A stretch of 64,000 nt of DNA from Promethearchaeota archaeon (lineage in GTDB: Archaea > Asgardarchaeota > Lokiarchaeia > Sigyniarchaeales > SOKP01), in the NCBI GenBank assembly GCA_019058365.1, contig JAHPZE010000001.1:409738-473737 (forward strand), given 5' to 3'. Position 1 is the stretch's first letter. The number at the start of each line of letters is the position of its first letter. Below the pieces are notes generated by a model, which had not been told where the DNA came from, did not search any database, and saw only the letters and a program-made list of their open reading frames with translations. Shown in pieces: positions 20,801 through 29,617 of this stretch. A program made the position numbers and the translations under genes.

Positions 20801-20911
20801 GGTTGTAGATTCTGCTAGATATACTTTATAGCCTGAATCTGCTAAATCTATAGAAGTTTGAATACCAGCAATTCCACCACCAATAACTAGAACAGCTCCG
20901 ACTTTCTCCAT
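17870..20911 (-). CDS. hdrA: HdrA-like protein, long form (1013 aa)
   Basis: Same architecture as 3462-6542. Confidence 0.93.
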   Translation of the reverse strand: MEKVGAVLVIGGGIAGIQTSIDLADSGYKVYLAESTTSIGGTMSQLDKTFPTNDCAICILAPKLVQTGRHENIDILINSSIEKIEGVPGNFNVHLTQTTLRLDQNKCTGCGLCAQQCPIEAIDFFNEKLSNKAAISVKFPQAVPLVFSINKQKCIGCGICKGICKAKAINYELQDSLINLNVGAVVLAIGFDEYDPTPLTELGYGKHLNVITSIEFERILSASGPHSGLIIRPSDGIIPKKIAFLHCIGSRDRKHRIDYCSSVCCMYTTKEAVIAKEHMNIIEPTIFTMDIRAYGKDFDKYIERAKNEYGIRYIRRRISSIKEIPDSKDLKVYYETGNGKIVKEIFNLVVLSVGMQPNQKAKELAQKLNIQLNEYGFCKTGTFNPVETSRPGIYVCGSFATPKDIPETVIEASAAAGYVNVLLSEARNKLVSKKELPEELDVSGQHPRIGVFICHCGINIGGVVDVPNVVEYVKTLPNVVYAEHNLYTCSADTQTNIKEKIEKNQLNRVIVASCTPRTHEPLFQATIREAGLNKYLFEMVNIRDQCSWVHMHEPEKATAKSKDLLRMSIAKASQLIPLQEQEITVISKGLIIGGGVSGMSAALNLASQGYEVFLIEKEDSLGGFAKNIYQTLENDDIQEYLGNLIKKVENNQFIHVFKNAQINSISGYIGNFSTNISYGNNSKSVDLDHGIIIVATGAKEYQPKEYGFGKDQRIISQTEFEKDLFTTDKIKGLKSIAMIQCVGSRNEDHPYCSRICCSEAIKNALKAKEINPNLEIVILYRDIRTYGFKEKYYNLARDKKVIFLRFDESKPPELTIKNKRLKIKINNPDLGALEINPDLVVLSTGLVAPIKENEELAKMLKVPLNEDKFFLEAHVKLRPIDFATDGIYLCGSAHSPKDLRESIAQSNGAAAQAVKILSAEKLVTSGLVAVVIEENCIGCGSCVEVCQFNAIELIEKERTFEDFTMTNKKSHINPALCKGCGTCGAQCPNSTIVIKHFGFEQIHAMISALLVQT

Positions 20912-22188
20912 TACTTCTCCTCAATATTATAATTAGGTTCTATTAATGTGATCATATTCACTAAAAATTCTGAAAAATCTATAATTTCTATAGAAGAGAA
21001 ATCATCATAGTCTTTTTTTAGACAGTTCAAATGCATTCGACATTTTGGACAAGCTGTAATCATTTTAGTTCCAACAGCTTTAGCTTCTAACAAACGCTTA
21101 TATCGTAAAGCTTTTGATCGTTCATTACAATTCATCCAAGAATTTACTCCACAACAATAAGAATTTTCTTTATTATGCGCCATTTCTTTAAAATCATAAC
21201 CAATAGCCTTCAAATATTTGAAGATTTCTCGGACATTCTCAACTATTTTATTATCCTTAGGTAAAAATCTACTTAATCTACAAGGATCATGAAAAGTAAA
21301 TTGAATTAGTTCATTAGATTCATTGGGGTTTTTAAATTGAACTTTTCCTTGCTTCCATTTATCATAGATATATTCAATTATATGTTTAACTTCAAATTTT
21401 TCATTAAAATCTTCAAATAATTTTGGATAATCAATTTTAAATGTTCTATAACATTCAGCACATGCTGTTACTATATGTGTAATTCCTGCTTTATCAAACA
21501 GTTTAATATTTTTTTTCGCTAATTCAATAAAGCTTTCGAATTTTGCTTGGCCCCAATATAAATCATGACCACAGCATACCTCATCTTTCAGAATAACTAC
21601 TGGATCATTTTCTAATTGACAAATAATCTTAAGTGTGCTTTCTGCTATAGATATTGAATCTTTGAATTCATAGTTAAAGAAAGGTAAACATCCTACATAA
21701 TATAAAATATTTCCTCTATCTGAAATTTTACACCCTTTTGGAATCCAATCTAAAGGTCTCTCAATTTTAAAATTATCTTGACTCATCATTTCTGACATCA
21801 AAGGATAAATACCTTTATGAGCAATAGAACGATCAGGATTTTGAATATCTTTTAACCGCATTTTATATCTAGCAATTCTGACAATGTCAGCGAAATTTAT
21901 ATCTTTAGGACAATGTTGTAGGCAACTATTACACATTAAACAATCCCATAACACCCTACTATTGATTATCTCATCTTCAAAACCTTCTAATATTGTTTGA
22001 ATAATTCTACTAGGTGTAAATTTTTGTACTTTACTTACTTGGCATACACCCGAGCAACGGGCACATTGATAACATTTTTTTAGTAAGTTAGATAAATCTG
22101 GCTCGAATATTTTTTTCAAATATTCATAATTGTCATCAGAATCTGGTTCTAATTTATCGGACTTTTTACTTTCAGTTATGGTAGTCAC
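20911..22188 (-). CDS. HdrD-like Fe-S/CCG oxidoreductase
   Basis: Close paralog of 2030-3310; TAATG overlap with hdrA. Confidence 0.88.
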   Translation of the reverse strand: MTTITESKKSDKLEPDSDDNYEYLKKIFEPDLSNLLKKCYQCARCSGVCQVSKVQKFTPSRIIQTILEGFEDEIINSRVLWDCLMCNSCLQHCPKDINFADIVRIARYKMRLKDIQNPDRSIAHKGIYPLMSEMMSQDNFKIERPLDWIPKGCKISDRGNILYYVGCLPFFNYEFKDSISIAESTLKIICQLENDPVVILKDEVCCGHDLYWGQAKFESFIELAKKNIKLFDKAGITHIVTACAECYRTFKIDYPKLFEDFNEKFEVKHIIEYIYDKWKQGKVQFKNPNESNELIQFTFHDPCRLSRFLPKDNKIVENVREIFKYLKAIGYDFKEMAHNKENSYCCGVNSWMNCNERSKALRYKRLLEAKAVGTKMITACPKCRMHLNCLKKDYDDFSSIEIIDFSEFLVNMITLIEPNYNIEEK

Positions 22189-23692
22189 TCCTCTCTTTTT
22201 CTTCTTTTAGTTCAATTGGTTTACAATTTTTTCTCTTAGTACCAGCAATTCTTTCTAATAAGGATTGCCCCGGTTTAACATCCTCTAAGCTTTTTGATTC
22301 TATTAATCCTGCATTAATTGCCTCTTTATAAAGGGTTTCACCCTTTTTATTTCGTGTAATCACTGTAGACCACCCACTAGGGGACCCTATTGATCCTACA
22401 GAAATATCAGCATAATCGGAGGTCAAGTCTTCGCAATAGTGACAATTATGGCGAGCATAGGATTTGACTTCATTTAAGGGTACGTTTAAATCTTCACCCG
22501 AATCTAAATAAATGATAAATTTCCCACCACTTATATCCATTTTCGTAACTTTATTAAAATCTGATTGGAACTTTTCATTGATTAAGTTAAGAACACCCTC
22601 ATAAGGAAAAGATTCCATACAAAAAAGCCCTATTCGATATTTAATGTTTGTAAAAAATGGTAGTCCACTCGGAAATAAAGTACCTTTTTCTAAAGCATTC
22701 ATCATACAGGGAACGCCTACAACTGCAATGTTTTCATACTTTTTTGTTTCATCTATAATACTTAAAGTCGAGGCATTAGCGTATTTAGTGCCACTTGTTT
22801 TGTAAAGATCTTTAATGTCTTCTATTATCACTGGCTCTGGTTTCCATAACTCCTTCGAATGTTGTACTGCTACAATCACATCAACTAATTTATTTTTAAG
22901 TAAGTATTCAAGCAAAGAGGTAACAATCCCACCATCTTGTCGTACTTTTTTAATATCATTCTTAGTGGTGCTCGCAGAATAGGTATTTATATAACCATTA
23001 ATTTGTTCTGAGAACTTTAAGGATTTATCAAGCTTATTTATATTTTTGCCCGCTTGTTCGATTGAAAATGATCTCGGGCAAACTGAATAACATAAACCGC
23101 ATTTTATGCAAATTTTATCATCTATCTCCAAAGTATCTGCTGTGGCTGTGATGGCATTCACGGGACAAATTGATGAACACCAACCACATTGACAGCATAC
23201 TTCAGAATCAAACACAATAGAAACTGGTTCAAAAAAATGTTCAATAAAATCATCGGGGAGATCTTTAACTTGATAGCGATAAAAATATTCTTTTTCTTCG
23301 ACTTCTTTTTCTTCTCCCTTTATTTTCTTGATAACAGTCTTAGTTTTTATATCGATAAGTTCTTCAATATATCCCTGTTCTTTAAGATAAATTACATCAC
23401 GAATTACATTTTCTACAGGAAAATCTTTTACAATTTTTGCAATTTCCTCTAAAAATAATGGTTCTTTACCTTTTAATAATTCTAACACTAATTTACGCTC
23501 TGTTTCTGCATCAATCAGGGCATCTAGTATTTCATAAAATTCTTTTTCAGAATACTTTCCAGTTTTTAAAATTTCATCTTTTGCTTCGAAAAAAGCGCGA
23601 ATTTGAAAATTTTCTACGGCCTTATAGGTAGCATCCATTAAATTTTTTGGAGATATTCCATTGAAATTTACGTTATTTGAAATTTGAACCAT
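22172..23692 (-). CDS. FrhB/FdhB-family F420-binding subunit with ferredoxin domain and N-terminal extension
   Basis: Two CxxCxxCxxxCP, QDGGIVT, SGTKY, VGVPC, IGLFCME, CHYCED...ADISVGSIGSPSGWS. Confidence 0.88.
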   Translation of the reverse strand: MVQISNNVNFNGISPKNLMDATYKAVENFQIRAFFEAKDEILKTGKYSEKEFYEILDALIDAETERKLVLELLKGKEPLFLEEIAKIVKDFPVENVIRDVIYLKEQGYIEELIDIKTKTVIKKIKGEEKEVEEKEYFYRYQVKDLPDDFIEHFFEPVSIVFDSEVCCQCGWCSSICPVNAITATADTLEIDDKICIKCGLCYSVCPRSFSIEQAGKNINKLDKSLKFSEQINGYINTYSASTTKNDIKKVRQDGGIVTSLLEYLLKNKLVDVIVAVQHSKELWKPEPVIIEDIKDLYKTSGTKYANASTLSIIDETKKYENIAVVGVPCMMNALEKGTLFPSGLPFFTNIKYRIGLFCMESFPYEGVLNLINEKFQSDFNKVTKMDISGGKFIIYLDSGEDLNVPLNEVKSYARHNCHYCEDLTSDYADISVGSIGSPSGWSTVITRNKKGETLYKEAINAGLIESKSLEDVKPGQSLLERIAGTKRKNCKPIELKEEKERSDYHN

Positions 23693-23756
23693 ATTTCTAT
23701 CCTTTTGGTTTACAATTTATTAAAAAATTTTAAATTTTAATTGAATACTATTTAAA

Positions 23757-23829
23757 AACCCCTTCCCTTGCAAGGTGAGTTCTCTTATAACTAATATTTT
23801 TTTATAAGAGTCATTCTACAGGGGTAGTT
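23757..23829 (-). promoter_or_regulatory. Candidate eukaryote-like SECIS element
   Basis: Minus strand: CCCUGUAG-A-AUGA-CUCUUAUAA-AAAAAUAUUAG-UUAUAAGAG-AACUCACC-UUGCAAGGG. Perfect 9-bp upper helix, A-rich apical loop, lower helix; directly after two TGA-containing genes; folded by eye only. Confidence 0.7.
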
Positions 23830-24272
23830 ATAACTTGTTTTGTTTCAATTTTTGACTCTTCTTCTACTAAGTTAAGTGGATTTGGTCCAGCTTTGCTTAC
23901 TTTTTTATAAGCGTCCTCGACAGATTCGACAAATTTCCCAGCATCTCCTCCACTTACCCAATACATGTTTATTCTCTGATTTCCGAAACCTCTTGATTCT
24001 AAGATTCTGTTTGCTAATTCTACATGTCTTTCGGCTGTGAAATTACCATTTTTAAATTGACATTCATTGGGTCGTCAGCCTACAATCATGACACCATCAG
24101 CTCCCGAGCGAATACTGTAGAGAATATGCTTAACATCAACTCTACCAGTACATTTTACTTTGATTATTTTTACTGCAGGTGTATACTTCAATCGAGAAAC
24201 TCCCGCTAAATCAGCAGCACTATAACCTCATTTTAAACATGCAAAAATAATCATTTTATACCTATTTTTCAT
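23811..24272 (-). CDS. mvhD: Selenocysteine-containing MvhD/VhuD, 153 aa, Sec15 and Sec66
   Basis: Missed by ORF track. MKNRYKMIIFACLK[TGA 24228-24230]GYSAADLAGVSR...KCTGRVD...IVG[TGA 24075-24077]RPNECQFKNGN; both TGAs align to Cys in 17420-17851. Confidence 0.95.
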
Positions 24273-24278
24273 ACCTGT

Positions 24279-26222
24279 TTAAACACCTCCGAGAAGACCG
24301 TCAATTTCAGCAAATAATTGATGATCTCGATAATATCTGATATCAATTGCTTGAGTAGGACAACATGTAGCACAAATACCGCATCCGTCACAATTTGTCT
24401 CATCAATAAATGCACCGATATCCTTCTCAATTCTAATGGCGTTTTTGGGACACTCTTTTTCGCATCGTCCACATGAAATACAGAATTCGCTGTTCACTTC
24501 AGCAGTAATTAGTTCTATATCGATTTGTCCTGGTGCTGTTAACTCAGCTGCTTTGCTAGCCGCTGCCCTCGCTTGAGAAACGGAATAAGAAATATTTTTT
24601 GGTCCTTGAGCAAATCCAGCTATAAAAATTCCTTTTGATTTCGTTTCTTGCGGCATGAGTCCGAAATGGGATTCTGTGAGGAACCCGTATGTATTAGTAT
24701 CAAGGTTTAGTACTTGTACAATCTGATTAGTACCTTTTGAAGGGAGTGCTGCTGAGGATAATACGACTAAATCTGCATCAATTATTACGATCTTATCTGT
24801 TAGTGTTGAATAGACGCGAACCTTCACATTTTTAGTTTCAGGATCTTCAGAGATTTCCCCTACTTTTCCGCGAATCATTTTAATTCCTACATCTTTAGCT
24901 CGTTCATAGTACTCTTCAAATCCTTTTTCGGGAGTTCTTATATCAATATAACAGATTGTAATATTCGCATCGGGAAATTCTTCGAGCAATAACCTTCCGT
25001 TTTTTAGAGCGAGCATGCAACACACACCACTACAATAAGTTCGTTCATTTTCTCGACTTCCTACGCATTGTATAAATACAATTTCTTTTAACTTCTTATT
25101 ATCAGAAATTCGATGAACATGACCTTCAAGTGGACCATTTGGAGCAAGTATTCGTTCTAACTGAACTTGAGTTATGACATTCTCAAATTCTCCGTATCCA
25201 TATTCACCAAAAGGTTCGTAGATATCCCATCCAGTTGCTATAATGATTGTACCAACTTCAATATCAACTTCTGTAGGCACTTGACTGAAATCAATGGCAT
25301 CTAATTCACAGGCATCTACACAGGAAAAACACTCAATACACGCATCCCTGTCGATATCATATAGAAACGGTACTGCTTGACCAAATGGAATATCAATTGC
25401 TTTTCGCGCTCCCAAATGTTCATCAAAATAATTGCTCACATATAAAGGACAAACCTCACTGCATGCACCACATCCATTACAGTCGTCCGTCGTATATCGC
25501 GGTTTCCTTTCAATAGTTACTTTATAGTTCCCGACATATCCTTCTACTTTTTTTACTTCACTATAGGTGACTAATTCAATATTCTCATTTCTATTAACTT
25601 CTAACATTTTGGGACCACAAATTCATATAGCACAATCGTCTGTAGGAAAGGTTCTGTCTAACTGAGACATTCTCCCTCCTATTGTAGTTTTTTGATCAAC
25701 TAAATATACCTTGATGCCTTGATTCGCAAGATCGAGAGCCGCATTCATACCACAAATCCCAGCTCCAATAACTAATGAGGCTTTTGTAACTGGAACTGTC
25801 TTAATTGGCACTGGCTCTAATCGTTTTACTCTTTCAATTCCACTTTTCACTAAGATTTTTGCCTTCTCTGTAGCTTCTTCTTTACTATCTGTGCACCATG
25901 AACACTGTTCACGAACATTTACCATTTGAAAGTAGTATGGATTTAGGGCAGTTTTAGCTATTGTCCCCCGATAAATAACCTCATGTGTACGTGGGGTTCA
26001 AGCAGATGCTACAATTCGGTCTAGATTTTTTTCTTTAATATCTTTAATAATTTCATTTTGAGCATTATCGGTGCATAGAAAAGCATTTTTTTTAGCAATT
26101 ACGACATCATCAAAAGTCTTACTTACGTATTCTACAAGCTCATCGCAATCTACTTTAGTCCTAATATTTACTCCTCATTGACAAGCATAGTATCCAATCC
26201 GATGATTTTCATTATTATTCAT
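24279..26222 (-). CDS. hdrA: Selenocysteine-containing HdrA, 647 aa, Sec16, Sec75, Sec200
   Basis: ATG 26222; RIGYYACQ[TGA 26175-26177]GVNI, ASA[TGA 25998-26000]TPRTHE, FPTDDCAI[TGA 25623-25625]ICGPKML; one frame joining listed ORFs 25623-25925 and 24279-25607. Confidence 0.95.
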
Positions 26223-26692
26223 CTCTTTTTACACATCCACCTCTAGCTTTTACATAATTGTATATTCATAAATTTCTTAGATTTTTATTGGATGTTTTTT
26301 AAGTTCCAATATTGATCTTTTTGTAACGATCGATATTAAATATTTTTTTTAATTGTATTTACATTTTCAATATTTTTAATAGTTTTTGTTACCATATATA
26401 AGCAAATATTTGTAAAGCGGTCACAACATCAAAATATTTTTGACCAGATTGAAGATTTTTAACTATTTTTTTTTGAAGATAATCATAGAAAGAGGAATTT
26501 ATGATCGATCTTAAACATTTTTATTTAAGAACTTCTTAATCAAATTGGATTCTATTTTGCATTGATTCTAATCTTTATAAGATTTGACATTTTTATCAAA
26601 AAGACCAAGAATACTAAAATTGATGTTAATTCAATAAAGCTGATAAAAAGAGAAAAAGTTAATTCTCCTCATAAAAATTATAGGACTCAATT

Positions 26693-27670
26693 CTAATGAA
26701 GATCATTATTTAAGTACTCTTTATAATAGTGAGATTTATTTAAAAGGTATTTTTGAACAATTGGTTTAAATATCATAGTAAAAAATCGTGAAATGACTAC
26801 TTTTTTTTTTACCGCATTGAAATAATCATCGAGAGTATATCTTTGATAATTAAGAAATGCTTGACTTTTATCTGTTGTCATGAATCCGCAATGAAATCCC
26901 CTCCCTCGCCTGAAAGCTTCCTCAGGCAATCCTTCAAAACCTATACCAAAAATGTCTAGCATTTCCTTAAGATAATCACGATATGAAATCCGACATCTAT
27001 CTCCGCCTGCAATATGCATAACTTCTCCCCAAATTTTTTCATTTTCCACAGCATTGGTAAGAGCAAGACCCACATCTTTGGTATCGCAGATTTCTATACA
27101 AGTTTCAAGAGGCATTTCAAACATTAAAGGATCCATTTGCAATTTATTCAAAGAGACAATATAAGTCAACCGAAAAATCGCCCAATCCAAAGAAGAGTTC
27201 TTAATTAATTCCTCACACTTTAATTTTTGTTTGGCATATTCATCATCAACGTTTGGATTTAGTGTATCATCTGGTGTTATTAAAGGATTTTCAAGTCGAT
27301 CTCCGTATACTGCTACTGAAGATGTAAAAATGAGTTTTGGTTTTTTAGGCTGATTTTCCATAGCTTTAACAATATTAGCAGTTCCTCCAACATTTACAGA
27401 TTCTGCAAATTTAGGTTTTTTATCGGCAAGAGGTGGAATAATTGCTGCTACATGAATAATAACATCTCTATCAGCAACAGCCTTTTCGACATTATTATAA
27501 TTCCTTAAATCTCCCCAAAAGATTTCTACATCTTTCTTGTATTTAATTGCCAACCTTTTGTTCCTTCTAGTTTTAATATCAAAAATTCTAATATCATAAT
27601 TTCTTTTAAGCATTTCTTTTAATGTGCTCAATCCTACATTACCAAATGCTCCTGTTAATAAAACTTTCAT
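26693..27670 (-). CDS. NAD-dependent epimerase/dehydratase (extended SDR)
   Basis: TGAFGNVG, HVAA, TSS, YAKQK. Confidence 0.9.
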   Translation of the reverse strand: MKVLLTGAFGNVGLSTLKEMLKRNYDIRIFDIKTRRNKRLAIKYKKDVEIFWGDLRNYNNVEKAVADRDVIIHVAAIIPPLADKKPKFAESVNVGGTANIVKAMENQPKKPKLIFTSSVAVYGDRLENPLITPDDTLNPNVDDEYAKQKLKCEELIKNSSLDWAIFRLTYIVSLNKLQMDPLMFEMPLETCIEICDTKDVGLALTNAVENEKIWGEVMHIAGGDRCRISYRDYLKEMLDIFGIGFEGLPEEAFRRGRGFHCGFMTTDKSQAFLNYQRYTLDDYFNAVKKKVVISRFFTMIFKPIVQKYLLNKSHYYKEYLNNDLH

Positions 27671-27699
27671 AACAATTTCTCATTTTATTTAATTTTGCT

Positions 27700-28689
27700 C
27701 TAAACGTGAATTAATTTTTGAGATTTATAATAGGGTGATGTTTTTATTAAATAATGTTTTATAATAGGTCCTAATGAACGAATTACGTATCTTTTAAATC
27801 CGAATTTCTTTTTTAAGTAAATTAGATAATCATTAAACGTGGTTCTTTGATAATTAAGCAATTTCTGAGATTCTTCGGTATCAAGCCAATCTGTATAAAA
27901 CCATTCGCTATCTTTTTCAGGAATACGGAAAGATATCTTAGGTATCATTCTAATTCCCAATGAATCAAAAATTCTCTCTACAAATTCTCTTTGGTATAAT
28001 TTACAGCCTTCTCCACCACCTATTAATAAGATTTTACCATCAGTATTGGCTTTTACAGCATTAGATATCGCGTTCCCTACATCTTCTATTGCTAATATTT
28101 CTATACGCTGATCTAGTGGTATATCAAACAGCATTGAAGTCATTTTCATATCAAAATCAAGAGGCATAACTGCAGCTATACGAAGAATTGTCCAAGGGAG
28201 TCCGCTATTTCTTATAAGTTCTTCACATTTTATTTTATGTTCGGTATAATTATCAGTAGAAATAATTGGATCATCAGATGTCCGAGGTGGAGGGTTATTC
28301 ATTTGAGGTCCAAAAACAGATATTGAACTAGTAAAAATAAATTTTGGCTTCTTTTCCAATAAATTAGCGGCTTTTATTAATTTTTTTGTCCCCTCAACAT
28401 TTACTTCATATGCTAATTTTGGATTTTGTTCACTTAAAGGAGGAATAATGGCTGCTAAGTGAATAATGACATCGATGTTTTTTACAGCTCTTAATATATC
28501 ATTAAAGTTCCTTAAATCTCCCCAAAATACATCAATATTATTTTCAAATTTGTTTGAAATCTTTTGATTTTTCTTTGTTTTTAGGTCAAAAGCTCTAACA
28601 TAAAAATTTAATTCAATCAATTTAGTTAAAGTACTCAATCCTATATTACCAAAAGCTCCTGTTAATAAAACTTTCATGAGAAATACCAT
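27700..28689 (-). CDS. NAD-dependent epimerase/dehydratase, tandem paralog (start may be 28677)
   Basis: TGAFGNIG, HLAA, YTEHK. Confidence 0.9.
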   Translation of the reverse strand: MVFLMKVLLTGAFGNIGLSTLTKLIELNFYVRAFDLKTKKNQKISNKFENNIDVFWGDLRNFNDILRAVKNIDVIIHLAAIIPPLSEQNPKLAYEVNVEGTKKLIKAANLLEKKPKFIFTSSISVFGPQMNNPPPRTSDDPIISTDNYTEHKIKCEELIRNSGLPWTILRIAAVMPLDFDMKMTSMLFDIPLDQRIEILAIEDVGNAISNAVKANTDGKILLIGGGEGCKLYQREFVERIFDSLGIRMIPKISFRIPEKDSEWFYTDWLDTEESQKLLNYQRTTFNDYLIYLKKKFGFKRYVIRSLGPIIKHYLIKTSPYYKSQKLIHV

Positions 28690-28810
28690 ATATTCTTAAA
28701 TAGATCTTAAATATAGCTTACATTTTGCAATTTTAATATATTCTATTTTTGGATATGTCTGAATCTTATATATCCAACTTATTTATAAAATAGTCTTCTG
28801 ACATATAAAT

Positions 28811-28842
28811 ATATCGTATTCGAATATATCACGTTCAAATAT
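28811..28842. promoter_or_regulatory. Tandem ATATC-N7-RATAT sites, putative PadR operator
   Basis: ATATCgtattcgAATAT and ATATCacgttcaAATAT at 15-bp period; same arrangement upstream of padR. Confidence 0.6.
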
Positions 28843-28909
28843 ATAAAAAAATCAAAAAAGTTATATGATTAGACGAGATTATCTTCTTAAAGATCTTTCA
28901 GAATAATAT

Positions 28910-29488
28910 TTATTTATTCTCTTTTTTTAAACTTTCAATTCTTTGGTTAATCTCGTTAACAAAATTTTCTAATTTGTTAACTATTTTTGATAAGACAAGC
29001 ATTCTTTTTGTAAGAATTTTGAGCTTCTCATCATCAGTTTTTCCGATTAAACTTGCATCATCAATTAAGTCTGGACCAAATAAATCTTCGAAATCATTGG
29101 GGAGGGAGAAATCTGTGAGCCCTATCGTTGACATAATCATTGAAAGCAGAGATTTTCGCATATTTTGCTGTCTTTCAAGGAGTTTCTTTAAAGTTTTTCT
29201 ACCTTTATCAGTAATTTCATAAACTTTTTTCTCTCTTTTCCCATCCATCTCCGCTTTAAATTCAATTAAACCTTTTTCTGTAAGTGATGACAGATGCGGG
29301 TATAGTGAAGAAGCAGTTGGATTCCAGACTTCATATGTATCCTCTTTTATAGTATGCATTAAGCTGTAACCATGAGAAGGTCCTTTTTCTAAAGCTAACA
29401 ATATTAATGTGCTAATATGTCCTTTTTTCATAGAATGTTCAATTGCATCAGCAATAGCATCAATTTTTTCGCTATTTTTCTTACTCAT
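28910..29488 (-). CDS. PadR-family transcriptional regulator
   Basis: GPSHGYSL, SSLYPHLSSLTEKGLI, KKVYEITDKG. Confidence 0.92.
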   Translation of the reverse strand: MSKKNSEKIDAIADAIEHSMKKGHISTLILLALEKGPSHGYSLMHTIKEDTYEVWNPTASSLYPHLSSLTEKGLIEFKAEMDGKREKKVYEITDKGRKTLKKLLERQQNMRKSLLSMIMSTIGLTDFSLPNDFEDLFGPDLIDDASLIGKTDDEKLKILTKRMLVLSKIVNKLENFVNEINQRIESLKKENK

Positions 29489-29521
29489 ATCAACGCAACA
29501 CTGACTAATTCAAAAAAATAA

Positions 29522-29553
29522 ATATCAATTATAGATATATCAAATTCCGTAAT
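29522..29553. promoter_or_regulatory. Putative PadR autoregulatory operator
   Basis: ATATCaattataGATAT then ATATCaaattccGTAAT, 34-65 bp upstream of padR start. Confidence 0.58.
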
Positions 29554-29617
29554 AAATATTAATTTTTAGAGTTTTTTCTAAAAAAAAAGGTATGGATAAA
29601 TTAGAGAATTAAGTTTT

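Noticed and set aside
24232-24283. Hairpin spanning hdrA stop and mvhD start as a second SECIS
   Set aside because: Has AUGA and an A/U stem but no 3' GA; low complexity
18192-24472. Short ORFs 18192-18536, 19315-19503, 23189-23452, 23437-23631, 24024-24209, 24269-24472
   Set aside because: Antisense or off-frame within hdr/frhB/mvhD genes
24075-26177. Reading hdrA/mvhD as pseudogenes or as UGA=Trp recoding
   Set aside because: All five TGAs fall on Cys ligand positions, Trp is TGG in these genes, and TGA is a normal stop elsewhere (e.g. cdc6)
26219-26236. Tiny uORF MCKKR ending in TGA overlapping the Sec-hdrA ATG (selenium-sensing idea)
   Set aside because: ATGA overlap arises easily by chance; no support without conservation data
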